From: a virus
Lineage: Duplodnaviria > Caudoviricetes
Direction: 5' to 3' (one strand)
Length of the DNA stretch: 40,298 bases
Virus record (IMG/VR): IMGVR_UViG_3300017700_000514
Location: 1 to 40,298 of that record
Translations under genes and position numbers: made by a program
In this document: one piece after another, positions 25,423-35,102 of the stretch
Layout: each line of letters begins with the position of its first letter
How positions within the stretch are numbered: the stretch's first letter is position 1
The notes under the pieces: model-generated
Database searches by the model: none
The model's input: only the letters and a program-made list of their open reading frames with translations
What the model was told of the DNA's origin: nothing

Positions 25423-28115
25423 TGGCCGCTGTTCGCATTCCCCAGTATCAGCAGCAGGTCGCAACGCCTGGTGGCGAGATTGCCGGCGCGCAGGGTCGCG
25501 GCATCAGTCCGTTCAATATCGAGACCGGCGGCTTCCAGCGCTTCGAACAAGACCTGAAGCGCGCGCGCGAAGAAACCGACATCAACAACGCCAACGCGGA
25601 GATTTCCGCCGAGGAGCCGCGCGCGCAACTGGCCCTGGCGACAAAGTTCAACGATGTAACCACGGCATGGACTCCGGACCAGAAGCCGGTGCCCGAGCAG
25701 ATGTTCGAGTTCATCGACCAGTATCGCGCTGAGGCCGAGACACGCATCACCAATCCGCGCGCCAAGCAGTTGATGGCCGAGCGGGCGAACAAGTTCAAGA
25801 CGCAATATGGCCTGGAGGGGTTCGCGTTCCAGCAGAAGGCCGAGGTAGACCTTCGCGTCGGCACCTACGAATCCACCTACCAGAACATCGCCGACCTGAG
25901 CAGCACCAATCCGTCTCTGTTTGCCGGTGAACTGGCGCGCGCCAATGCGGTAGTCATGCAGGACAGCCAGATTCCGGCGCGCATGAAAGACGAGTTCATC
26001 CGCAAGCAGTCGCAGGCCGCGGCGATGAAGGTGGCCAAGGCGCAGTCTGAGCTGAACCCGCACGAGACATTCGCCTTGGCCAACGCACTGCTGGGCGTGT
26101 CCGAGCCGGTGCTGAAGATGCCGGCCGGCACCGCTTCGGACCTCTACGCCGACATCGCGCGCGTGGAGTCGGGCGGCCGCCTGTACGACGACGCCGGCAA
26201 GATCCTACGTGGCCCGGCTATCACCAAGGCGGACGGCTCCACCGAGTTCGCCTATGGCCGGTATCAGCTCCTGGAGGGCAGCGCTAAGAAGGTGGCTGGC
26301 GACCTGGGCATGGACTGGAAACCCGACGTGTTCTTCCGCGAGCGCACCGGCAATCCGCAACTGGATGCCGAGACCGATCAGTACCACGAGGCGCTGGGCC
26401 GTGGGTATATCGACGAGCAGCAGCAGTCCTTCGGCGGCAATCCGATCCTGGTGGCGGCCGCGCACAACATGGGTGCCGGCGCCACCAAGGGCTGGGCCAT
26501 GGGCGTGCCATACCAGACCCAGTCGGGCAAGTGGTGGTATCCCAAGCAGCCGATGGACATGGCGGCAATGCCGACCGAAACCCGCAAGTACATCGAGAAG
26601 CTGGGGCCGGTCAGCGAACGCAAGCTGGACACCGTCGTCAACACCGCTGCCGAGGACGCAACCGCCTTCCGTCTGCTATCCACCGAAGACCTGATCGCCG
26701 TCCGCGGTGCGGCGCAATCGAACCTGGCCGAGCTGCAGCGCCAGCGCGATGCCGCCAACGCGATCAACAAAGACCTGTTCAAATCGCGGATCACCGACAT
26801 CGAAGTGGCGGCCAAGAATGGCGACGCCGTGCAGATCCCGCCGGATGACGAACTGCTGACGTATCTGGGCCCAGCGCAGGCCGCGCTCACCAAGCAACGG
26901 CTGATGGGCTATCAGTCGATGGCCGGTGCCTTGAAGCGCCTTCCAGGGCTTTCCAATGCCGAGCTGCAAGCCACGGCCGACATGCCCGATCCGGCCGGCG
27001 CCGACGACCGCGAGAACCGTCAGTTCATCCGCGACACCGTCGCCAAGCAGGCCACGACGATCCTGGCTGAGCGAAAAGCCGACCCAGGCAAGGCGTCGAT
27101 GTCCAGCGAGATGGTGCAGACCGCCTATTCCGGGTACGTGTCTGCCAGCCAGGCGGTGCAGCAGGCCGGCAAGCAGGTCACGCCCGAGCAGCTCGATCAG
27201 CTCAACACCGCCAAGTCCAATTTCTTCAAGGCGTCCTTCGCCCAGCAGCGGCAGTGGGGCATCGCCGAGCCGAAGCTGCCGGCGGCCGTGGTCGAAGATA
27301 TCGCCACCGGCTTCCGCACGCAGTTCGCCGGTGGTGATGTGACCAGCGCCACGATGCGCATGCAGAATCTGCCGCGCGAGCTGGGGTCTTTCGATGCCAT
27401 CCAGCAGGTCGGCAACAAGACGGGCGACCTGGGGTGGTTCGCAATGGAAGGCGTTCCGCCGGAAACCATGACTCTGCTGCACGCTGCCACGATCCAGAAG
27501 CCGGACGAAATGGCCAAGCTGTTGCCCGATGGCGTCAAGAAGACCGACGTGGAGAAGGCGGTGGCGGTTGCGTTCGCGCCACTGACTCAGACTTTCAGCG
27601 TTCCGGACATTGATGGCGCTGGCGATGCGGTGACGGCCGGCCGATATCTCAATGGCGGTAAGGCATTGGCGACGCAGTACCTGGTCAGTGGCCAGGCATC
27701 AAGCGCCAAGGAAGCTGCGACCATGGCCTATCAGGCGCTTTATGCGGAACGCGAGGCGGTAGTCGATGGCTATCGCGTGCCGCGCAACTTCGAGCCCGCC
27801 AAGGTGCAGGAAGGGTTGCGCCGTCGCCTGCAGAACTTGCCGCCCGCCGCCATGTATTTGCGCGCTCCAGCGCCAGGCCTGACCGAGGGCGAGAGCCGAA
27901 CCAACATCTTGCGCAACGTGCAGAAGAATGGCCGCTGGGTGACCAACGAGACCGGCGATGGTGTGTACCTCATGGTAGCCGGCCGCCCCGCGCTGGACGC
28001 GGCTGGCAAACCTATTTGGGCGGCGTTTTCCAACGTGGTCACCGAACCGGAGCCCACCGCTGATCGTGCGCGCGCCGAGACTGCGGCCAACCGTTTCCGC
28101 TACGGGAGGCAGTGA
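25422..28115 (+). CDS. Internal virion protein with lytic transglycosylase (SLT) domain
   Basis: IARVESGG (catalytic Glu), AYGRYQL, AAAHNMGAG, ETRKYIEK. Confidence 0.85.
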   Translation: MAAVRIPQYQQQVATPGGEIAGAQGRGISPFNIETGGFQRFEQDLKRAREETDINNANAEISAEEPRAQLALATKFNDVTTAWTPDQKPVPEQMFEFIDQYRAEAETRITNPRAKQLMAERANKFKTQYGLEGFAFQQKAEVDLRVGTYESTYQNIADLSSTNPSLFAGELARANAVVMQDSQIPARMKDEFIRKQSQAAAMKVAKAQSELNPHETFALANALLGVSEPVLKMPAGTASDLYADIARVESGGRLYDDAGKILRGPAITKADGSTEFAYGRYQLLEGSAKKVAGDLGMDWKPDVFFRERTGNPQLDAETDQYHEALGRGYIDEQQQSFGGNPILVAAAHNMGAGATKGWAMGVPYQTQSGKWWYPKQPMDMAAMPTETRKYIEKLGPVSERKLDTVVNTAAEDATAFRLLSTEDLIAVRGAAQSNLAELQRQRDAANAINKDLFKSRITDIEVAAKNGDAVQIPPDDELLTYLGPAQAALTKQRLMGYQSMAGALKRLPGLSNAELQATADMPDPAGADDRENRQFIRDTVAKQATTILAERKADPGKASMSSEMVQTAYSGYVSASQAVQQAGKQVTPEQLDQLNTAKSNFFKASFAQQRQWGIAEPKLPAAVVEDIATGFRTQFAGGDVTSATMRMQNLPRELGSFDAIQQVGNKTGDLGWFAMEGVPPETMTLLHAATIQKPDEMAKLLPDGVKKTDVEKAVAVAFAPLTQTFSVPDIDGAGDAVTAGRYLNGGKALATQYLVSGQASSAKEAATMAYQALYAEREAVVDGYRVPRNFEPAKVQEGLRRRLQNLPPAAMYLRAPAPGLTEGESRTNILRNVQKNGRWVTNETGDGVYLMVAGRPALDAAGKPIWAAFSNVVTEPEPTADRARAETAANRFRYGRQ

Positions 28116-29842
28116 TGCCGGTCCTGGCCCGCCCTCCTGCGCAAGTCCAACCCGAACAGCTTGAAGGGCAATCCTCCTGGTCCGATGCCTACCGCTCTGC
28201 CTTTCAGGAAACGCTGAAGACTGGGCCGCTGGCGTCAATCGACACCGCCTTGGACATCAGTGCGGCCGAGGGCGGCATCGCCTCCTATGGCGACGAAACC
28301 AGCCTGACGCGCCAGCGAAAGCTTTCGCCGATGGTATCTCTGGCCGATGCCAAGCAGCAGGTAAAGGACGCTGGCCTGGAGGGTCAAGTGCCGTTGGGCT
28401 ATCCGCAGGGTCTGCGCCAGGAAACCCTGTCGCTGCTGATCGGCATGAACAAGGACAAGGTCCGCCGACAGACCATCTCATCCCAGTACGACGGCTGGAC
28501 GCCGCAGGTCGCCGGCATGGTTGCAGGCTCCATTGTGGATCCAGCCAATGTCGCGTTGTCCGCCATCCCGATTGTGGGTGAAGCAAGGTATGCCCAACTG
28601 CTGAAGGGCGCCAGCGGCACCTTCGGTCGTTTCGCAGTGCGCGCGCGAGTCGGTGCGCTTGAAGGCATTGTAGGTGCAGCCATTGCTGAGCCCCTGATTT
28701 ACGCGGGGCAGCAGCAGTGGCGCAACGACTATGACGCCTACGACTCCATGCTCAACATCGCCGGAGGTGCGGCATTCGGTGCGCTGTTGCATGGCGGCGC
28801 CGGCCTGGTGTCGGATCGCTTCGGGGTACGCGCGGGCGAGGCACACATCGAAGCGCAGGCCGACGAACTGCGCCAGGCATTGACACCGCAAATCGAACGC
28901 CCTGCCGCCGACTGGAGGCGCCCGCTGGACGCCGACCGCGCAACCTTGGAGGCGCGATTGGCTGAAGGCGTGCCGGCAACGCGTGCCGAAGCCATGCCGC
29001 GCGCCTTCGATTCGCTGCGTCAGGACATCGAGGCCGACCTGACTGCGCGTGCGGGCAATGTCCCCGAGCCCAATGTAGTGGCCGCCGCCAAGGCGGACCT
29101 GACCGCCGTCACCCGCGAACTGGATTCACTGGAAGTCCAGCGCCGCGAGATCATCAAACAGCGCAACGAGCAGCCCGGCGTGACCCGCAAGCAGGCCGAA
29201 AGCTTGGCTGATGCGCAAATCGCCGAGCGCCGCGCGGACCTGGAGGGCCGCAAGAGTCGTGCTGAATCTCAAATTGCCGGCAACAAGGATGCCGTCGACG
29301 CAGTCGCCGAACTGTCGGCCCTGCAGAAATCCGGCGCGGTGCCAGAGTCTTGGCGCGCGCGCTTGGAGTCCGAGGCCGACCGCCTGATAAAGCCGGCCAG
29401 CCTTGCTGACGGCGACGTGTTCGCCGAGGTACGTCCGCTGATCGCAGCACTGGATCAGGCCACGCAGGCCGGCTCACTGCGCATGGCTATCGGTCAGGCG
29501 CTGCAGGGCCAAAAGATCGATGTGACTCCGGCAATGCTGGGAGATCCGATGTTTCGCGCCAACCCGGACGCTTACAAGGCCGCCCGCGAAGGAGCGGCCG
29601 CTAATGCCAGCAGTGTGGAGGGGGCCGACCTGCGCGCCTCGCAAGCGGCTACCGAAAAGCTCCAGGGAGTGAAGGAAGAGGTAAGCCTGGAAGATGCGCG
29701 AGCACTGCTGGCCGATGAGGAGGCGATCTACCGCGAAGCGGGGGGCGACATGGATGCGCTGGACATTGACGTTCCGGAGGGAGACTTGACCATTGGTGCA
29801 GGCAAGGGCTTCGGCCTGTGCCGGCTTAGGAGCGATGCGTGA
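28115..29842 (+). CDS. Internal virion/ejection protein
   Basis: 575 aa; GSIVDPAN, hydrophobic Gly/Ala helices, coiled coil. Confidence 0.78.
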   Translation: MPVLARPPAQVQPEQLEGQSSWSDAYRSAFQETLKTGPLASIDTALDISAAEGGIASYGDETSLTRQRKLSPMVSLADAKQQVKDAGLEGQVPLGYPQGLRQETLSLLIGMNKDKVRRQTISSQYDGWTPQVAGMVAGSIVDPANVALSAIPIVGEARYAQLLKGASGTFGRFAVRARVGALEGIVGAAIAEPLIYAGQQQWRNDYDAYDSMLNIAGGAAFGALLHGGAGLVSDRFGVRAGEAHIEAQADELRQALTPQIERPAADWRRPLDADRATLEARLAEGVPATRAEAMPRAFDSLRQDIEADLTARAGNVPEPNVVAAAKADLTAVTRELDSLEVQRREIIKQRNEQPGVTRKQAESLADAQIAERRADLEGRKSRAESQIAGNKDAVDAVAELSALQKSGAVPESWRARLESEADRLIKPASLADGDVFAEVRPLIAALDQATQAGSLRMAIGQALQGQKIDVTPAMLGDPMFRANPDAYKAAREGAAANASSVEGADLRASQAATEKLQGVKEEVSLEDARALLADEEAIYREAGGDMDALDIDVPEGDLTIGAGKGFGLCRLRSDA

Positions 29843-32322
29843 GCGTCTGTAAGGGAATCGTGGAGGAGGCCATCGGCCGCGGTATTACCGACGCCGACTT
29901 CGACAAGTTGGGCAAGAGTTTCGATGCGCGAGTGGATGCACTGCGCGCTGAGAACCCAGGACTTGGGTACAACGATGCGGTTTCGCGCGCCAGCAAGGAA
30001 TACATAGAGGCGGGCGAACTGAAGAACATCATCCAGAAGCGCAATGCCCTGAAGAACGCGGCGCGCAAGTTGGAAGGCTTCGACTACCTGTCTAAGACCT
30101 GGGCCGACGATCCCGGCACCGGCCTGAAAGCGCTACTGGTGGGCGTGCAGTCCGAGAAGCGCGGCTCGCGCTCCAGTATCGGCAACGACCAAGATGCGAT
30201 CACGGAACAGTACACCGGTGGCCTGATCGCCGATGTGTCCAAGACCGAGGGCGGACTGGACATGCTGGTCTCGGGGGACATAGACGACGACTTGGCGCGC
30301 GTGCTGTGGGAGATGAGCAGCGACGGCGACGTGTCCGGCTTCAGCAAGGCCGCGCAGGATATCGGCGGCGCGATTCGGAAGTGGCAGGAATACGCGCGCG
30401 TGCAGGCCAACGAGGCCGGCGCCTGGATCGGCAAGGCCAAGGGCTATATCACCAGCACCTTCCACGACACCACGCGCATCGCCAAAAACATGGACGGCTG
30501 GATGGAATCGGCCACCGCCAACTTCGACCTGGCCCGCATGGCCTCGGAGATGGAGGTGGATATCAGCGAAATGCCCGACATCCTCGCAGGCATCTGGCGC
30601 AACTTCGCCGACGGCGTGCACCTGAAGCTGCCGCAGCCGGGTAAGACTGTGGCCAAAGGCGTGAAAGGGATCGGCCGCAAGCTCTCGCACGACCGCGTCA
30701 TCCACTTCAAGGATGCCGATGCGTGGACTCGCTATAACACCGACTTTGGTGCCGGCAATATGCGCGAGGCGGTGATGTATGGGCTGCGCCGGCAAGGCCA
30801 GGCCACGGCTATGATGAACACGCTGGGTCCGAGCTACGAAGCCACATTCGACGGCATCGTGGAGGACACGCTACGAGCGATGAAAGACCGGCGCGAAGAC
30901 CCGTCCAAGATAGCGAAATTCGCTGGCGACGCGCGATCCCACAAACGCCTGTACCTCTCCCACCTGGACGGCAGCCTGGATATCCCGGGTAACGACGCGT
31001 TCGCCACGGCAGCCGGCAACATTCGCGCAGTGCAGGGCATGGCCTCGCTCGGTGGCATGACGCTGTCGTCTGTCTCGGATACCGCCACCATCGCGCTGGG
31101 CGCCAAGTACAACGGTCTGAATGGCCTGGAGATGATCGGCAAGGGCATCGGCAACCTGTTCGGAAGCGTGCCTGGTCCGGAGAAACTGGAGCTGTATGCC
31201 GATCTGGGCATGGCATTGACCTCGCTGTCGGGCAAGCTGGCCCATGGCCGCTTCACACCAGGGGATGATGCGCGCGGGATGCTCGGTGCGATCCAGCAGA
31301 AATTCTTCACCCTGACTCTGCAGAACCGGTGGACCGATTCGTTCCGCGAGTCGATTGCCGAGGCCATGTCGGCCAACCTGGCGCGCCGCGCAGGCGATGC
31401 GTTCGACAAACTGCCAGACCGCCTGCAAACCACGATGGGCCTGTACGGCATCGATGCGGACAAGTGGGACATCTTCCGCCAGGTGCCGGTCGATGAGATC
31501 GAAGGCACTCGCTTCATTTCGCCGAAGATGATGGAGGAATTGCCGGACGCGCCGTTCGAGGGATACCTGACCGCGCGTGACCTGAAGCCCACGCCCGCAC
31601 GTATCCGCGACCTGCGCGGCGAGATGCAGCGTCAGTTCCGCGCCTACTTCAGCGATCAGAACCAGTACATGCTGCTGACGCCAGATGCCGGCACGCTGGG
31701 CATGATGAAGCAGGGCACCCAGAAGGGAACCGGCATCGGCGAGGCGGTGCGTTTCATCATGCAGTTCAAGTCTTTCCCGCTGGCCTTTACCCAGAAGATC
31801 ATCGGCCGTGAGCTGAAGCAGGGAGGCATCGTCGGTGTGTCGCAGATGATCGCCCTGACGATGGTCGCCGGCTACGCTTCCAGCGTGCTGAAGGATCTTG
31901 CCAAGGGCAAGGTGCCGCGCGATCCGACCGACTGGCGCACGGCCGTGGCAGCACTCCAGCAAGGCGGTGGACTGGGCCTGTACGGCGACGTGCTGTTCTC
32001 GCAAATCCTCGACCGCCGCTTCGGTGACGCCGCGGCCCAACTGCTGGGTCCGACGTTCTCCGACATCTTCGGCAGTCAAGGGCTGGCGGGCCTGACCGCG
32101 CGCGCTGCGCAAGGGGAGGACTTCGGCCCGGCGGCGCTGCGCTTCGTGCAGGGCAATACGCCGTTCCTCAATCTGTTCTACACAAAGATGGCGATGGACT
32201 ATCTGGTCTTCTACCGAATCCAGGAATGGATGAACCCCGGCAGCCTTTCGCGCATGGAAGCGGAGATGCAGGAACGTACTGGGCAACAGTACATCGCGCC
32301 GCCTTCGCAAACCGTCAACTGA
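29839..32322 (+). CDS. Large internal virion/ejection protein
   Basis: 827 aa; GEAVRFIMQFKSFP, GGGLGLYGD, PFLNLFY, epsilon15 gp17-like C-terminus. Confidence 0.82.
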   Translation: MSVCKGIVEEAIGRGITDADFDKLGKSFDARVDALRAENPGLGYNDAVSRASKEYIEAGELKNIIQKRNALKNAARKLEGFDYLSKTWADDPGTGLKALLVGVQSEKRGSRSSIGNDQDAITEQYTGGLIADVSKTEGGLDMLVSGDIDDDLARVLWEMSSDGDVSGFSKAAQDIGGAIRKWQEYARVQANEAGAWIGKAKGYITSTFHDTTRIAKNMDGWMESATANFDLARMASEMEVDISEMPDILAGIWRNFADGVHLKLPQPGKTVAKGVKGIGRKLSHDRVIHFKDADAWTRYNTDFGAGNMREAVMYGLRRQGQATAMMNTLGPSYEATFDGIVEDTLRAMKDRREDPSKIAKFAGDARSHKRLYLSHLDGSLDIPGNDAFATAAGNIRAVQGMASLGGMTLSSVSDTATIALGAKYNGLNGLEMIGKGIGNLFGSVPGPEKLELYADLGMALTSLSGKLAHGRFTPGDDARGMLGAIQQKFFTLTLQNRWTDSFRESIAEAMSANLARRAGDAFDKLPDRLQTTMGLYGIDADKWDIFRQVPVDEIEGTRFISPKMMEELPDAPFEGYLTARDLKPTPARIRDLRGEMQRQFRAYFSDQNQYMLLTPDAGTLGMMKQGTQKGTGIGEAVRFIMQFKSFPLAFTQKIIGRELKQGGIVGVSQMIALTMVAGYASSVLKDLAKGKVPRDPTDWRTAVAALQQGGGLGLYGDVLFSQILDRRFGDAAAQLLGPTFSDIFGSQGLAGLTARAAQGEDFGPAALRFVQGNTPFLNLFYTKMAMDYLVFYRIQEWMNPGSLSRMEAEMQERTGQQYIAPPSQTVN

Positions 32323-32345
32323 CTCCCACCATCCCCTAACCCAAC

Positions 32346-32373
32346 AGCCCCGCCAAGTGCGGGGCTTTTTTTT
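32346..32373 (+). terminator. Intrinsic terminator before tailspike gene
   Basis: AGCCCCGC-CAAGT-GCGGGGCT followed by TTTTTTT. Confidence 0.82.
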
Positions 32374-32384
32374 GGAGCGTCGTA

Positions 32385-34853
32385 ATGACCGTTTCAAGCA
32401 GCACCGCGCGCGCAGATTACAACGGCAACAGTGTCACCGTGGACTTTGCCGTCCCCTTTCGGTTCCTACTCGATACCGACCTACAGGTATTGCGCACGCA
32501 GGCAGGCGTCTCCACTACCTTGACCCTCAATAGCTTGGGCGCTGATGGCTATTTCGTCACTGGCGCTGGCCAACCTAGTGGTGGGAATGTCAGGACTGTA
32601 TCCGCTCCTACCGGAGCGCCGCTGCAGAAGATCACCATTCTGCGCAGTGTAGATCGCACCCAGCTAACCGACTACATCCCCAACGATGCGTTCCCGGCCG
32701 AGTCGCACGAGCGCGCGCTGGATAAGCTGACGATGATCGTCCAGGAACAGGACGAAATACTGACCCGCGCGCTGACGCTACCAGCGGGACTGCCTGGCCT
32801 AAGCGTCTCGCTCCCGGTGCCGGAATCCCTGGAAGGGTTGCGCTGGAATGCGTCGGCCACCGGTCTGGAAAACTTCGTCATCTCACCGTTCTCAGCGCCC
32901 TCTGGTGCTGCGAATGTGGGATTTCAGCCGCCTGATGTTCTGAGCACGGCGATGACCGTGGCCGAAGGTCTGAGCAATGGCGTGTCGGTGGCCTGGTATG
33001 CCACCACTGCGCAGCTCGCCATCGACGCCACGGCTGCCACGCAGGCGGCTATCGCCTACGCCTACTTGTCCGGTCGAAACGCGGTCTACTTTCCCGGAGG
33101 CAAGACCTACCGCTTCGCCGCAGCGTCCGCATCGATTGATCCGGGCGTCGGCCCTATTGCCTTCTACGGCGATGGCCCGTCCTCACTGCTGATTTTCGAG
33201 GAGGGCACCAGCACTGACGCCAACGTTGAGAACCGAAAGAACCTTTTCAAATCGATCAGCATCGTAGCTAAGGGCGCAATCGAGTTCCGCAATCTCTGGC
33301 TGCAGGGCACCTGGTCGCAGGCCGGCTATCCGAGCGGCCAAGGTGGCGCCCCTTTCATGCTCTACAACTACGACGAAGTTGTCATCACTGGCTGCCGAGT
33401 CACCAACATGCGCAGCTACGTGATGGTGAACGAGTTCTGCAAGAACGCCCGCGTTATTGGCAATACTTTCGACAAGAACGCCCGCGACAACTGCCGCTTC
33501 CGCTCGACCTTCAATGTGCAGGTGATCGGCAACCGGTTCAGCCATTGCGATGATGACGCCGTGGCGCTGCACTGCAATATCACAGTGACCGGCGGTGATA
33601 TTCGCGAAGGTCTATTGATCGCCGACAACCTGTTCGAGGACTGTGCCGGCATCCAGATCATTGGAGGCCGAATGGTCAACGTACGCGGGAATATCCTGCG
33701 ACGCTGCAAGCAGAATGGCATTCTGATCTATACCGCTCCCGGGGTTGCCAGTGAAGGCGACAACAGCATTTTCAACATTGCCGTCACCGATAACCATATC
33801 TTCGACATGCTCAACGACTCGCCATTTGTGGCGGCAGTTTCTCAGTGCATTGGTGTGTATGCGCGATCAGCAGAAGGTGGAAGTTCAACCGGGGGCATCA
33901 TCCCAGGCCAGAACAATGTGGCCACCGGTGTATTCCCGCTGCCATGGAACAGCCGCAATGGCGCTTACACGGGGGCCGTGGACAGCGTGCCGCCGCCGTT
34001 CTTCGTTCGCGTCCAGAACAACATCATCGCCCGTACCCTACCGGCGGTGGCGACGTACTCGGTGTGGGGCTATGGCAGCTGCTATGCCGGCGACGGTCCG
34101 CAGAACCCAGCGGTGATCGACACCTCCTTGCGCCCGGGCACTGGCATCCTCTTGGGTGGTCAGGTGCGCAAGGCCATCGTGTCAGGGAACGTGGTGTCCC
34201 ATGTCGGGACCTGCATCGGATTTGACGCCGAGGCCGGAAGCAACTTCGGGCTGGACGACATACTGGTTTCCAATAATTCGCTGAGCGACTTCAATGCCGC
34301 TGCCGTGAACATCCCGAATCCTGGCGCGGCGCGGCACATCAACCTTGATATTCGGCACAACCTGATGGATGGCGACCCCTACCACATCAGCGCTAACCGC
34401 GGGACGCTCGGAACCTGGCTGGCCGATACGGTGCCTTCGGTGATCAACTGCACTTCGCACCAAGGCGTGCGACTGGAGCAAAACAAGATCCGCAACGTGG
34501 CCCGCGTGGTCAACAACGGCGGCGGCGGACTGATCGCGCTGAAGGACAATGTCCTGCGCTGCGACCCGAGCGTTACCGGGTTCAGCACCGCCAACAAGGG
34601 TATCGGTAATCCGCCCCGGGCCGACGATGCGTTCCGGTACGAGATCGTGGACAGCGACCCGACCAGTGCGACCTACGGCAACCTGACCAGCGCAATCCTC
34701 CCGTTTGCTGGCTCGATCCCGACCACAGGCAAATACGTAGCCGGCACATTCGTCCGCGCGGCCTCAGGGACTGCGCTATTCGGCTGGCAGCGGTTGACGA
34801 CGGGGACGGCGCATACGGCCGGGGTTGACTGGAAGACCGTGGTTTTGACCTAA
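32385..34853 (+). CDS. Tailspike: T7 gp17-like anchor plus right-handed beta-helix (putative depolymerase)
   Basis: YNGNSVTVDFAVPFRF...HERALDKLTMIVQE anchor; DATAATQAAI...VYFPGGKTY cap; repeated VIGN/IADN/VRGN rungs, DDAVA. Confidence 0.88.
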   Translation: MTVSSSTARADYNGNSVTVDFAVPFRFLLDTDLQVLRTQAGVSTTLTLNSLGADGYFVTGAGQPSGGNVRTVSAPTGAPLQKITILRSVDRTQLTDYIPNDAFPAESHERALDKLTMIVQEQDEILTRALTLPAGLPGLSVSLPVPESLEGLRWNASATGLENFVISPFSAPSGAANVGFQPPDVLSTAMTVAEGLSNGVSVAWYATTAQLAIDATAATQAAIAYAYLSGRNAVYFPGGKTYRFAAASASIDPGVGPIAFYGDGPSSLLIFEEGTSTDANVENRKNLFKSISIVAKGAIEFRNLWLQGTWSQAGYPSGQGGAPFMLYNYDEVVITGCRVTNMRSYVMVNEFCKNARVIGNTFDKNARDNCRFRSTFNVQVIGNRFSHCDDDAVALHCNITVTGGDIREGLLIADNLFEDCAGIQIIGGRMVNVRGNILRRCKQNGILIYTAPGVASEGDNSIFNIAVTDNHIFDMLNDSPFVAAVSQCIGVYARSAEGGSSTGGIIPGQNNVATGVFPLPWNSRNGAYTGAVDSVPPPFFVRVQNNIIARTLPAVATYSVWGYGSCYAGDGPQNPAVIDTSLRPGTGILLGGQVRKAIVSGNVVSHVGTCIGFDAEAGSNFGLDDILVSNNSLSDFNAAAVNIPNPGAARHINLDIRHNLMDGDPYHISANRGTLGTWLADTVPSVINCTSHQGVRLEQNKIRNVARVVNNGGGGLIALKDNVLRCDPSVTGFSTANKGIGNPPRADDAFRYEIVDSDPTSATYGNLTSAILPFAGSIPTTGKYVAGTFVRAASGTALFGWQRLTTGTAHTAGVDWKTVVLT

Positions 34854-35017
34854 GACTTCGTAATCCGGTCGATGGAGTTGAGGAGCTGATCGCGCTTGGC
34901 CTCAAGTTCCTTGCGGCGCTCCGGCGTGGCCTCGCCTGACTCGAGCTCCTGCCAGGTCTGGTAGAGCTGGGCGGTCAGGTCTTCGTAGTACACCTTTTCG
35001 TTCAACTGCGCTGCCAT
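34850..35017 (-). CDS. 55-aa helical protein next to attP (not in ORF track)
   Basis: AAGGAG RBS; MAAQLNEKVYYEDLTAQLYQTWQELESGEATPERRKELEAKRDQLLNSIDRITKS; stop overlaps the tailspike stop. Confidence 0.75.
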   Translation of the reverse strand: MAAQLNEKVYYEDLTAQLYQTWQELESGEATPERRKELEAKRDQLLNSIDRITKS

Positions 35018-35102
35018 GTGTGCCGCTCCTTGGGTTGGGGTTGAAAGGGTACGCCCGGGGCTGGGGGCGCGCCATAGACCCGGGTTACAATTGCCGTGCC
35101 GA

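Noticed and set aside
30871-32397. 508-aa antisense ORF over the large ejection protein
   Set aside because: Same antisense shadow effect; no recognisable domain.
32385-35100. Diversity-generating retroelement as in BPP-1
   Set aside because: No reverse transcriptase ORF and no TR/VR repeat pair seen near the tailspike.
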